The position numbers were made by a program, and so were the translations under genes. Of a stretch of DNA of 64,000 nt, positions 1-9,300 are shown one piece after another; positions within the stretch are counted from its first letter, which is position 1, and each line of letters opens with the position of its first letter. The DNA lies in IMG/VR virus record IMGVR_UViG_3300010396_000037; one strand, given 5' to 3'. Origin of the DNA: a virus. The notes below the pieces were generated by a model. That model was given only the letters and a program-made list of their open reading frames with translations. It did no database searches and had not been told where the DNA came from.

Positions 1-2
1 AA

Positions 3-2726
3 GTTGCATACAAAATCTATCCTACTCACTTGAAGGAACAAGATGGTGGTTCTTTTTCATGGTTATCAGTGCTTCCGGCCGATGCGAAGAAAAGATTGAT
101 AGACAGTCAGAGTCATGTTGAAAAGAATAACGCTGGAACGCGTTCTTTGACCCATAAGTTGAAAGATGGTGGTGTTCTTGAATTCAATTTAACCAAACAT
201 GGGAAGTCTCACATTGCTGTTGCCAAATATCAGAACAAGGGAAAGATCTTTTCTGCTATTCATTCGCATGATGACCCAAGAGAAGCATTAACAACTGCTT
301 ATAATTCCGTTGGTCGCAGAATTGTGAAGGAAGAAGTTGAACCATTACTCATTGAAAAGATGGCAAAGCGTGTTGAAAAGAAAACAGACAAGATCAGTGA
401 CAAGAAAGAAAAAATTGACACCAACCCAACTGATCCTGAAAGCATCAAGGAAAGTTTGAATAAAGCACATAAGTGGGCATTGAAAGATCAAACAAGAGAA
501 GAAGGTGACAGCGTTTATAAAGTGCAGTCGCCAAAATATAGCACCCATGCTATTGTGTATGCAAAAGACAGAAAAGATGCGCATACTAAAGCTATGATGC
601 TGCACGGATCTGCATATGAAACGCAAAATGTAAAAATTAGAAAGTTGGATGAGGGGCAAGATTCTACATATGCAACACAGGCAGGATGGAGTCCTGATCT
701 CGTATTCCATGATAAGAAGCTTCCAGAAGTGGGTGGGGATCTAACAGCCAAAGAACATTTGCATATGCACCATGTTCATTCAAGTGCTCGTTTGCGTGCA
801 ATTGGTAATTATCAGGGAGCAGCTGATCCTGATGCCAAGTTACATTATAAGACTCTAGCAGATGAGCATGATAGACTTGCGAAGAAACATGCACATATCT
901 ACAACACTATGGCTAAGCATTTCTACAATGAGTTGCGCAACCATCCTGACCCAGCTGTTCGCACCAGGATGGAGAAATTCAAAGGCGATGGTGCTATCTT
1001 GAAAGAAGAACAATTGGATGAGCTCTCCCAGAAAACTCTTGGTCGCTATGTTCAGTCAGCAATGCATGATAGAGCATGGAAAGCCCATGAAATCGGTTAC
1101 ATCAATGGGGTTGCTACGACTGTTGGTACAACAGCAGCTGAACGCGAAGATCGTGATGAACTGAACAAGAAGAACCTGAAGCGCCAAAATGGAATTTACA
1201 AAGCATTGAAGAAGATTGCTCCAGAGGCAATGAAAGAAGAATTTGATCCAAGAAAAGATGGTCGTTATGGTGTTAATAAAGAATACATGGGCAAGCCACA
1301 AAAGCGTCATGTCCTAAGATTTGGCGGTGAATATCTTGGTGACTTTGATACAGATAAAGAAGCTTATGAAGCTGCCAAAGAACATCATAAGAAGATGAAT
1401 GAAAGCGAGTACGACACAGACACCAAAACTGGTATTCTAGCTAATCTTGATTATCATCATGGACGTGAAATCTATCATCGCCAGGCAGCTGAAAAAGCGC
1501 ACAGAACAGCAGCTAAACATGCTCTTGGTAGTGAAAACAATTTGCTTTACAAGTCTGTGGCTCGTGGTAATGAAACCATTGCCAACCATCATGCCAAAAT
1601 GATTAAAGATCTTCATAACAGGTTTGCGCAAGTAAATGAAGATCAATTGAATGAATTGTCTCCTAAGACGCTTGGAAACTATATTGGATATGCTTCTATT
1701 GATGGGCGTGCTAACAGTTATATGGCAGGTTCTCATCATGCTATCGCCAGAGTGGCATCTAATGGCAAGCCGGATGAACATTACATGAAACAAGGTGATA
1801 AAGAGCAAGCTAAAAGCAAGAAGAGACATAATGGTATCGTTCTAGCATCTTCTAAACTTGTTCGTAAAGCGTCTGTGAATGAAGATGAATTGAATGAAAT
1901 TTCAAAAAAGACTTTGGGGTCTTATATTAGCAAAGCTTCTAAAGAGGCTGCTAGATATGCCGCTGGTCAAACAGATGCTCATCACACTGCAATTGCGTAT
2001 CTTAGAGTAAAAAAACCAGCTTCAGATGTTGAACGAACGCGTTCATATGAAACAGCATTGAAAGCTGCAAAAGAACGGAGATTAAAAGGTATTGATAAAG
2101 CAGTTGGCAAGCTTTCTGAAGGACTGGATCATGAACATCCAGATATGAAAGCTTATTATGCTGCGGCAAAAGCAACTGATGAAGCGCATCTAAAATCAAT
2201 CCGCTATCGCATGCATAATGATATCAAGCAATCTGAGCACAAGACTAAATATGACGAATTGAACAATGAATTCCACCGTTTGAAAGATCTAGAACATGCT
2301 GCTCATGAAAAGGTGAGTGGAAAGTTGTTGGCGCATCATCTTGCTCCAGGACTTGTAAAAGAAGAAAAACTGAATGAAGTAGAAGACCATTTTGCTAAAA
2401 TACCTAAAGGACTAGAGTGGGAACTTCACCATGAACGTGGCTTCAGAGGGTCCGTTAGAAGCTATAGATCTAAAGATGGTGAATGGGAAGTAAGACCATA
2501 TCACACGACGGATTATAAGATGGAAGGCAGGTTGCGCAGTGTTGGTGGAACAATGCACAAATTCTATGCTGAAATCCGCCACAAAGATGATCCAATCCCT
2601 CGCATCAAGTCTTTTGGTAGTGTCAAAGGCGAGAACGCTTCTAAAGTAAATGAGAAAGCGGAAAAGATGCATGCTGCTCTGTTGAAAAAGATTCCAAATG
2701 CCGACAAATACCATACGAATTATTAA
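3..2726 (+). CDS. Large His/Lys/Ala-rich modular protein, probable prohead core/internal polyprotein (5' truncated by the window)
   Basis: The frame is open from position 3 (VAYKIYPTHLKE...), so the start lies before the window. Three repeats of E-L/I-S-x-K-T-L-G-x-Y...R-x-x-G-I-x-x-A-x-x-K-L/I and many [ILVM]-x-E motifs. Lies directly upstream of gp21, where T4 has core genes 67/68. Confidence 0.6.
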   Translation, partial: VAYKIYPTHLKEQDGGSFSWLSVLPADAKKRLIDSQSHVEKNNAGTRSLTHKLKDGGVLEFNLTKHGKSHIAVAKYQNKGKIFSAIHSHDDPREALTTAYNSVGRRIVKEEVEPLLIEKMAKRVEKKTDKISDKKEKIDTNPTDPESIKESLNKAHKWALKDQTREEGDSVYKVQSPKYSTHAIVYAKDRKDAHTKAMMLHGSAYETQNVKIRKLDEGQDSTYATQAGWSPDLVFHDKKLPEVGGDLTAKEHLHMHHVHSSARLRAIGNYQGAADPDAKLHYKTLADEHDRLAKKHAHIYNTMAKHFYNELRNHPDPAVRTRMEKFKGDGAILKEEQLDELSQKTLGRYVQSAMHDRAWKAHEIGYINGVATTVGTTAAEREDRDELNKKNLKRQNGIYKALKKIAPEAMKEEFDPRKDGRYGVNKEYMGKPQKRHVLRFGGEYLGDFDTDKEAYEAAKEHHKKMNESEYDTDTKTGILANLDYHHGREIYHRQAAEKAHRTAAKHALGSENNLLYKSVARGNETIANHHAKMIKDLHNRFAQVNEDQLNELSPKTLGNYIGYASIDGRANSYMAGSHHAIARVASNGKPDEHYMKQGDKEQAKSKKRHNGIVLASSKLVRKASVNEDELNEISKKTLGSYISKASKEAARYAAGQTDAHHTAIAYLRVKKPASDVERTRSYETALKAAKERRLKGIDKAVGKLSEGLDHEHPDMKAYYAAAKATDEAHLKSIRYRMHNDIKQSEHKTKYDELNNEFHRLKDLEHAAHEKVSGKLLAHHLAPGLVKEEKLNEVEDHFAKIPKGLEWELHHERGFRGSVRSYRSKDGEWEVRPYHTTDYKMEGRLRSVGGTMHKFYAEIRHKDDPIPRIKSFGSVKGENASKVNEKAEKMHAALLKKIPNADKYHTNY

Positions 2727-2735
2727 GGTAGGAAC

Positions 2736-3395
2736 ATGAAACTCTTAGTTGAAGAAATTGAAAATTCAGAAGTTCTTGTTGAAGAAGTGAATGGTGTTAA
2801 GAACCATTACATCAAAGGTATATTTTTGCAAGCCGGAATCAAGAACAAGAATGGTCGCATTTATCCTCCTGAAATCATGGAGAATGAAGTCAATCGTTAT
2901 GTTAAGGATTGCGTGAACAAGAACACTGCTTATGGTGAGTTGGGTCACCCAGCAAATCCGCAGATCAATCTTGAGCGTGTTTCTCATTTGATCAAAGAAC
3001 TTCATCGCGATGGAAACAACTTCATTGGTAAGGCTCAATTAATCAATGAGGGAATGGGTAAGATTGCAATTGGTCTTCTTCAAGCAGGCGCTAACCTTGG
3101 TGTATCAAGTCGCGCGCTTGGTTCTGTTCAGCAAAAGAACGGCATCATGGAAGTTCAGAAAGACTTCCGTTTGATGACTGCTGCTGACATCGTATCCAAT
3201 CCATCTGCTCCTGATGCCTTCGTTCAAGGCTTGATGGAATCAGCTGAATGGGTTTGGGATAATGGTGTGTTGGTCGAGAAACAACTTGTTGCAGCAAAGA
3301 ATGAGATCAATACCGCAGTTGCTACTCAAGACTCACGCAAGGTCAATGAAGCGTTCTTGAGAGTTTGGAATCAGTTCTTGGGAGAGCAAAAATAA
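2736..3395 (+). CDS. gp21: Prohead core protein protease (T4 gp21 family)
   Basis: GIFLQA..KNKNGRIYP, GELGHP, LERVSH, GVSSRALGS and DIVSNPSAPDAFV motifs. Confidence 0.97.
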   Translation: MKLLVEEIENSEVLVEEVNGVKNHYIKGIFLQAGIKNKNGRIYPPEIMENEVNRYVKDCVNKNTAYGELGHPANPQINLERVSHLIKELHRDGNNFIGKAQLINEGMGKIAIGLLQAGANLGVSSRALGSVQQKNGIMEVQKDFRLMTAADIVSNPSAPDAFVQGLMESAEWVWDNGVLVEKQLVAAKNEINTAVATQDSRKVNEAFLRVWNQFLGEQK

Positions 3396-3538
3396 TGGGC
3401 ATTCTAGGAACAGTTCTAGTTGTTTTGGGTATAGCGGTCGCTGGTTTAATCGGTTGGGGTGTCTTGATGGTCTTCGCTAGAGGTATGAGCGATGTTCCTT
3501 TGGATGCTCATAAGTCCACCGAAGATACAGAAAACTAA
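3395..3538 (+). CDS. Small single-TM membrane protein (47 aa; not in the ORF track)
   Basis: ATG overlaps the gp21 stop (TAATG); MGILGTVLVVLGIAVAGLIGWGVLMVFARG... has a hydrophobic N-terminus. Confidence 0.6.
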   Translation: MGILGTVLVVLGIAVAGLIGWGVLMVFARGMSDVPLDAHKSTEDTEN

Positions 3539-3541
3539 ATA
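3534..3541 (+). promoter_or_regulatory. T4-like late promoter (ACTAAATA) for gp22
   Basis: Variant of TATAAATA upstream of the scaffold gene. Confidence 0.65.
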
Positions 3542-3597
3542 CATATTTGAATTCATTGGTGAAATGCAATCACCAAACCCCAATTGGAGTTTTTAAC

Positions 3598-4698
3598 ATG
3601 GCAGACAAGAAAACAAAGAAGACAGTTGCTGAAGAATTTCGTTCATCTTTTGGCGTAAACGCAACTGTTCCAGAACCAGTCGCTGTTGGTAATGCTCACG
3701 CAGGTCGTGCAGCTGACCAAACAACTGATCCATCTGGTGGTGAACCAACAGCATTCGCTGGTCAACCAGGTTCTGAGCAACCAACTCGTAATGAAATGTT
3801 GGCCCATCTTTTCGATAATCTAGCAGGAACTGATCCAGTTCAATTGCAAGGCTTGTACGCTGAGTATTGCAAACTTGGTGGTTTTGGCGCGGATACTCAT
3901 TCAGGTCGTGCGGCTGACCAAGCGACTTCAGAAGCTATTCCTACTTCCTATGGTAATGTAAAGGAAGATGTAGAGCTTGTGCTGAAGAACACCAATCTTG
4001 ATGAAACAGTGATTGCACGTGCTGCTACATTGTTTGAAGCAGCTGTTAAGAATCGCGTGTTGACTCTTCAGGTTGAATCTGAAAAAGCATTTGAAGAGAA
4101 ACTTGCAGCAGCTATTGCTGAAAAGATTGCAGAACTCGATGAAACTAATTCTACTTACATGGATTATGTTGCAGCTGAATGGGCAAAAGAGAATGAAGTT
4201 GCCATTGAACATAACATCCGCACAGAGTTGGCAGAAAGTCTTCTTAGTGGCTTGAAGGATTTGTTCGAGAAGCATTACATCAACATCCCTGAAGACAAAA
4301 TTGATGTTGTTGAGAAACTTGCAGAAGAAGTTGAGACTCTTCAATCCCAATTGGATGAAGCTAAGGCTCAATTGATTGAACAGCAAGCTGAAGTTGATGC
4401 TGAGAACGCACAGCGTAAGCAGGTTGTTGAAGAAGTTTCTAAGGACTTGACAGAAACCCAGAAAGATCGTTTGTCAATGCTTTCAGAATCCATCGACTTC
4501 ACTTCCATTGAAGAATTCAAAACCATCCTTGAGACAGTTGCTGAAGACTTCATTAAGACTTCAGTGAAGGCAACAGACGCCACAGAAACTTTGGATGAAC
4601 AAGTAACTCTGTTGACTGAAGAACAGGTTGATGATACTGATGCTGATCCACAAATTGCTCGCTTGGCGAAAGATGTTGGTCGCCTAGGCAAAGCGTGA
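3598..4698 (+). CDS. gp22: Prohead core scaffold protein (T4 gp22 family)
   Basis: AATLFEAAV, YMDYVAAEWAKENEVAIE, GLKDLFEKHYINIPEDKIDVVE; lies between gp21 and gp23; GGAG RBS favours ATG 3598. Confidence 0.93.
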   Translation: MADKKTKKTVAEEFRSSFGVNATVPEPVAVGNAHAGRAADQTTDPSGGEPTAFAGQPGSEQPTRNEMLAHLFDNLAGTDPVQLQGLYAEYCKLGGFGADTHSGRAADQATSEAIPTSYGNVKEDVELVLKNTNLDETVIARAATLFEAAVKNRVLTLQVESEKAFEEKLAAAIAEKIAELDETNSTYMDYVAAEWAKENEVAIEHNIRTELAESLLSGLKDLFEKHYINIPEDKIDVVEKLAEEVETLQSQLDEAKAQLIEQQAEVDAENAQRKQVVEEVSKDLTETQKDRLSMLSESIDFTSIEEFKTILETVAEDFIKTSVKATDATETLDEQVTLLTEEQVDDTDADPQIARLAKDVGRLGKA

Positions 4699-4717
4699 TT
4701 GGTAGAAAAAGTAGAAA

Positions 4718-4725
4718 TATAAATA
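4718..4725 (+). promoter_or_regulatory. T4 late promoter TATAAATA for gp23
   Basis: Exact T4 late consensus upstream of the capsid gene. Confidence 0.85.
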
Positions 4726-4779
4726 AAGCCCGTAAACAACAATAACTTAGCAAGTTGCAAAACCAGGAGAGATTCTAAC

Positions 4780-6081
4780 ATGTTTACAACTGATACCCTT
4801 TTGAATAAGTGGAAACCAATTCTGGAGCATGCAGAACTCCCAGAAATTAAAGACAAGCATCGTCGTGAAGTAACTTGCCAAGTGCTTGAGAATACATGGG
4901 CAACGATGCAGGACAGCAATTCCTTCGCTGCTCCACAGCGTTTGGATGAGTTGGATGCTCCATCAACCAACATCAGTGGCGGCATTCAGGTTTATGATCC
5001 TGTGTTGATCACTTTGATCCGTCGCGCATTGCCTAACCTTATCGCTTATGATATTGCTGGTGTCCAGCCTTTGACTGGTCCTACTGGTTTGATCTTTGCG
5101 TTGGTTCCAAGCTACACCAACCAGACTGGTACAAATGCGTTCTACAATGAACCAAATACCCAGTTCTCTACTGTTGTTGCTGGTAACAGCACAATGGGCC
5201 AGGCTCATACTGGTACACTTCCATCCAGCAATACTTCTTTGTACAACTATGCACAGGCCATGGCTACTGCACAGGCTGAAGCATTGGGTACAACTGGTAA
5301 TACAGACTTTGCACAGATGGCTGTGTCCGTTGCTAAGGTTTCAGCAACTGCTGGTTCACGCGCATTGAAAGCTGAATACACAATGGAAATGGCGCAGGAC
5401 TTGAAGGCAATTCATGGTCTTGATGCTGAGACTGAATTGGCTAACATCCTTGCTGTTGAGTTGTTGGCTGAAATCAACCGTGAAATCATCCGTACCGTTA
5501 ACATCTCTGCTTTGCAGGGTGCTGCTACTTGTGTAACTCCAGGCACCTTCGACATGGACGTTGACTCAAACGGTCGTTGGTCAGTTGAAAAGTTCAAAGG
5601 TTTGCATTACCAGTTGGAACGTGAATGCAACGCGATCGCTAAGGCAACTCGTCGTGGCCGTGGTAACATCGTAATCTGCTCAAGTGACGTTGCTTCCGCT
5701 TTGCAGATGGCTGGTGTTCTAAGCTACACTCCCGCTTTGGCTGGTAATGATTTGCAGGTAGATGATACCGGACCTACATTCGTAGGATTGTTGAACAACC
5801 ACATCCGTGTTTACATTGACCCATATACAACTGGTGACTATGTAACCACTGGATATAAGGGTGTCAACACAATGGATGCAGGTTTGTTCTACTGCCCATA
5901 TGTACCTTTGCAGATGGTGCGTGGTGTGAATGAGTCAAGCTTGCAACCAAAGATTGGCTTCAAGACCCGTTATGCGGTTGTTGCAAACCCATTCGCTCCT
6001 GGTGCTCCAGTTGGTACAGGTGCGTTGAGTCCTTTGAGCAACGTGTTCTATCGCTCATTCGCTGTTGCAAATATCATGTAA
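4780..6081 (+). CDS. gp23: Major capsid protein (T4 gp23 family)
   Basis: LIRRALPNLIAYDIAGVQPLTGPTGLIFA, SRALKAEYTMEMAQDLKAIHGLDAE, DAGLFYCPYVPLQ, QPKIGFKTRY. Confidence 0.99.
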   Translation: MFTTDTLLNKWKPILEHAELPEIKDKHRREVTCQVLENTWATMQDSNSFAAPQRLDELDAPSTNISGGIQVYDPVLITLIRRALPNLIAYDIAGVQPLTGPTGLIFALVPSYTNQTGTNAFYNEPNTQFSTVVAGNSTMGQAHTGTLPSSNTSLYNYAQAMATAQAEALGTTGNTDFAQMAVSVAKVSATAGSRALKAEYTMEMAQDLKAIHGLDAETELANILAVELLAEINREIIRTVNISALQGAATCVTPGTFDMDVDSNGRWSVEKFKGLHYQLERECNAIAKATRRGRGNIVICSSDVASALQMAGVLSYTPALAGNDLQVDDTGPTFVGLLNNHIRVYIDPYTTGDYVTTGYKGVNTMDAGLFYCPYVPLQMVRGVNESSLQPKIGFKTRYAVVANPFAPGAPVGTGALSPLSNVFYRSFAVANIM

Positions 6082-6103
6082 TTGACTTTTGCTTAGTCAG
6101 AAC

Positions 6104-6133
6104 AATCCCCGGAGAAATCCGGGGATTTTTTTT
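6104..6133 (+). terminator. Rho-independent terminator after gp23
   Basis: AATCCCCGG-agaaat-CCGGGGATT followed by a T-run. Confidence 0.92.
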
Positions 6134-6184
6134 GTATAGAGCTGCGCTAGCATAACGTCCTGATCAATTATGAAGGATGTTATC

Positions 6185-6619
6185 ATGAGCTTTTTCTATG
6201 ATGCCAAGAATGAGGAAGTGTGTTTCGGACGTATTGCCTCCGTGGTTGGAATTGTCATTGTTTTGCTGGTTGCTCTTATGATGGGTGGTTGCCCTCAATA
6301 CAATGTTTGGCAGCAACGCTTACAGGGTGAAGCGGCATTAGCACGCGCAAGCCAAGACCGACAGATCGCTGTGCAAGAAGCTAATGCGAAGAAGGAAGCT
6401 GCGGTATCACTTGCGGCAGCTGAAGTTGAACGTGCTAAGGGTGTAGCGCAGGCTAACAAGATCATTGGCGATAGCTTGAAGAACAACGAAGATTATCTCC
6501 GCTATCTGTTTGTGAATAACCTTGCAGAAACCAAAGATCAGATCATTTATGTTCCCACAGAAGCACAACTTCCTATTCTTGAAGCCAACCGACATACCCC
6601 CAATTCCGCGGAGCAGTAA
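6185..6619 (+). CDS. Membrane-anchored coiled-coil protein (SPFH/band-7-like C-terminal region)
   Basis: N-terminal TM; GEAALARA..., AEVERAKGVAQANKIIGDSL, YLRYL..IIYVPTE. Confidence 0.6.
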   Translation: MSFFYDAKNEEVCFGRIASVVGIVIVLLVALMMGGCPQYNVWQQRLQGEAALARASQDRQIAVQEANAKKEAAVSLAAAEVERAKGVAQANKIIGDSLKNNEDYLRYLFVNNLAETKDQIIYVPTEAQLPILEANRHTPNSAEQ

Positions 6620-6622
6620 AAC

Positions 6623-7090
6623 ATGATCCGCAAAGAAGACTATCATCCAACTTATCAGCAAATTGTCATGGCTGAGGTGATTGACGCACATAGATCTGGG
6701 TTGAAAGAAGAGGGCATGTTGTTAAAGTTGAAACAGATGGGGCCAGATTTCTATCATGAGTTTGCAACATTGAATCTGTCTTTTGGTCGTGCGTCTGGTC
6801 ACACAACATTCATCCAACAGAATGCTAGACCTAATGATATCATCATAGTATATAATGAATTCATGAGGGAATGTTTCATTCGAAATGGTCAGTTATCTTT
6901 TGACAGAAATCATATTGTTACTGTCAATGAATTAGACAGAAAAGCAAGAGGCATCAAATTTGATAAGCCAATTATATGGATAGATGGTCAACGTGTTTAT
7001 CATACTGTTCTTGAATCAAAGAACATAGCAGATTACATTGGCTTTATTGAGAGAGTCTGCCCTGTTGAAATTATTGTTCTTGGCGAATGA
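6623..7090 (+). CDS. Hypothetical protein (degenerate P-loop-like GRASGHT)
   Basis: ORF in operon context. Confidence 0.55.
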   Translation: MIRKEDYHPTYQQIVMAEVIDAHRSGLKEEGMLLKLKQMGPDFYHEFATLNLSFGRASGHTTFIQQNARPNDIIIVYNEFMRECFIRNGQLSFDRNHIVTVNELDRKARGIKFDKPIIWIDGQRVYHTVLESKNIADYIGFIERVCPVEIIVLGE

Positions 7091-7350
7091 CTCCTGATTT
7101 TACCAATGGTTGTTTTGAGTTTCTGGCAGGTGCAATGATTTTGAATCATTGTCGGGTACTTTATAAGAGCAAGGCAGTGGTTGGAGTTTCTAAATTCTCC
7201 ACCTTGTTCTTTGTCTGTTGGGGATTTTGGAACATGTTTTATTATCCTCATCTCAATCAGTATTGGAGTTTCAGTGGCGGTCTATTCGTCGTGTTGACCA
7301 ATTTATTGTATGTATCTATGATGATGTATTATTCAAGGAGACCAGTATGA
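7087..7350 (+). CDS. Small 3-TM membrane protein, PQ-loop/SemiSWEET-like
   Basis: 87 aa with three hydrophobic segments; K-x-V-x-GVS...WGFWN pattern. Confidence 0.5.
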   Translation: MTPDFTNGCFEFLAGAMILNHCRVLYKSKAVVGVSKFSTLFFVCWGFWNMFYYPHLNQYWSFSGGLFVVLTNLLYVSMMMYYSRRPV

Positions 7351-7709
7351 AAACTATTCGGTGCCCACGTGCGACAGGTCAGAAATGGTTGGAGGACTTG
7401 CGTTCTGGGAGATATGAACAAGGTGGTCGTCAACTAGCTTCTGGTTGTGGGCAATACTGCTGTTTGGGTGTTTTACAAATGGGTGCATCTGGGTGTGTAG
7501 AAAATGATGTATTTGGCCAAGCGGGTCAGTTGCCAAGTAAAGAATGGTTGGTTGACAATGGAATCACATTCTTGAGTTATGGCGGTGGTGAAAGCCGCAC
7601 TCCATTTCTGCCCAAATTTGGAACAACTGCTGATGATGCCAATGACAGTGGGCACGACTTCTTTGAAATCGCAGATGCGATTGAAGACACCATTGAATAC
7701 ACGGATTGA
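7347..7709 (+). CDS. Conserved phage hypothetical protein
   Basis: KWLEDLRSGRYEQG...YCCLGVL...FFEIADAIE; AGGAG RBS supports ATG 7347. Confidence 0.65.
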   Translation: MKTIRCPRATGQKWLEDLRSGRYEQGGRQLASGCGQYCCLGVLQMGASGCVENDVFGQAGQLPSKEWLVDNGITFLSYGGGESRTPFLPKFGTTADDANDSGHDFFEIADAIEDTIEYTD

Positions 7710-7710
7710 T

Positions 7711-9139
7711 ATGAAAATATACAGAGTGTTTCCTGACTATTCCTCAATCGTAACAGGCGTGTGGAATCAAATAGGAGAAGAACCTTACATCATTGACTAT
7801 CCAACTCTTTTAGAGTGGGGAGCTTCACCAAAGACCATTTCTATATTGAAAGAAATGTGTTATGTATTCGATTTGGTAGATGAAAATCCTTCAGATGCGG
7901 AATTGGATTTCATCAGCTGGTGTATAGAAGAAGCAACCAGAAGATTGAATGATGAAACGGATTACAAATTTGAGACGATATCATGAAAATAGAGATCGTT
8001 AGATTCGACAATGGCCGATATGGTGTGCGTCGTAAAAAGTGGGCGTGGTTGTTTTTGGAATTCGAGTTTGAATTCTTAAAAACTAACTGTGAATGGGACA
8101 TGTGCAGATACCCAAGTGTATCAGCAGCTTTTGATACTGCCGAGGAAGCAAAGAAAGCATTACAATCACGCATAGAACAAGAGAAGAGATTGGAACATCT
8201 TGGCAAAGATTTTGGTGAGGTGACTGATGCTTAAAGAAATTGCTACTAAAGGTTATGGATACTATCTGACCCTCAAGATATTGAAATTGCTGTTTTATCC
8301 ATTGCATCTCTTGTTGTGGATTGCATGGATGATCATTTTGTCCATGTTTTATATTTTCATTAAGATGATTATCCTTTCATTTGAAATTTGGGAATCAACA
8401 TCATCTGAATTCAAAATCATCTTTATTAATGGTAAGCATCTGAAAAATTTTAGTCGCAAATCCTACAATAGAATCTATGGTCCAGGAGCACAACCGCTGT
8501 CCCCAGTTGAGGTGCATCATGGATAAGAACAAAATTATAGCATTATTTACATTCTTGGGTTTTGTTACTCTTATATGTCTGCCCAAAATAGCATTCATAG
8601 TTTTTGCAACTCTTGCGATCATCATATGTCTTTTGGGTATCTACATGTGTATATATTTTGCAATCAAGGAATTCAATGAAGATCGTACAGTTTAAAAATG
8701 GCAAGTATGCTGTCAGGAAGGGATGGTTAGACCATAGATTCCTGCTCGCAAACAGGAATGATTTGTATTTCACGTTCGTGATGCTTCCTTCAGAAGACTC
8801 AGAAGTAACCGTGAACAGTGTAGAGGAAGCTGAAGCTGCCATTAAAAGATACTATGAAAGAGCACGTGCGCTAAGAGATAATGGTAAGCCAGTAAAAAAG
8901 ACTAAGACTTCTTCTCATGATCCATGGTGGAAAAAAAGAACAGACAGCACAGGTATAGAATGATGGCCAATCAACTTATCACAAGTCTTCAAGCAGAATA
9001 TGTAAATTTGCTTCGGGAAATTGAGAAGTTGAGGAAGGAATATGAAGTGAAGGCCGCGACGTTAGAGAGGATTGGTTTCTTGTTGAATCAAGAAGACAAG
9101 CTGCGAGCAATCAGAGAGCGTAAGCTTAACAATCATTAA
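7711..9139 (+). CDS. Run of small hypothetical genes (7711-7986, 7983-8234, 8227-8526, ~8519-8695, 8676-8963, ~8960-9139)
   Basis: Tightly overlapping start/stop codons; two begin MKI.....NG.Y.VR. Confidence 0.55.
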
Positions 9140-9166
9140 AATTTGATTCTATCAGAAATCACCTGA

Positions 9167-9271
9167 AAATTATTCAATAAACTCAATAACTTACAACCAA
9201 CTATTTTTGATGATTTTCCTGAAGCTACAAACCCTTGACTCATGCTTAAATCAGCGAAAAATCAAAGATTC
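9167..9271. repeat. Intergenic ~105-bp element, copy 1 (inverted copy at ~39472-39577)
   Basis: Shares GCTACAAACCCTTG exactly, plus TCAATAA.TTA and ATCAAAGATT, with the reverse complement of copy 2. Confidence 0.8.
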
Positions 9272-9278
9272 TATAATG

Positions 9279-9300
9279 ATCCCGACTTGCGTCGGGATTT
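9279..9300. terminator. Hairpin/bidirectional terminator between convergent genes
   Basis: ATCCCGAC-ttgc-GTCGGGAT. Confidence 0.75.

Noticed and set aside
6150-6160. GCATAACGTCC shared with ~58835
   Set aside because: A short match in different hairpin contexts, compatible with chance
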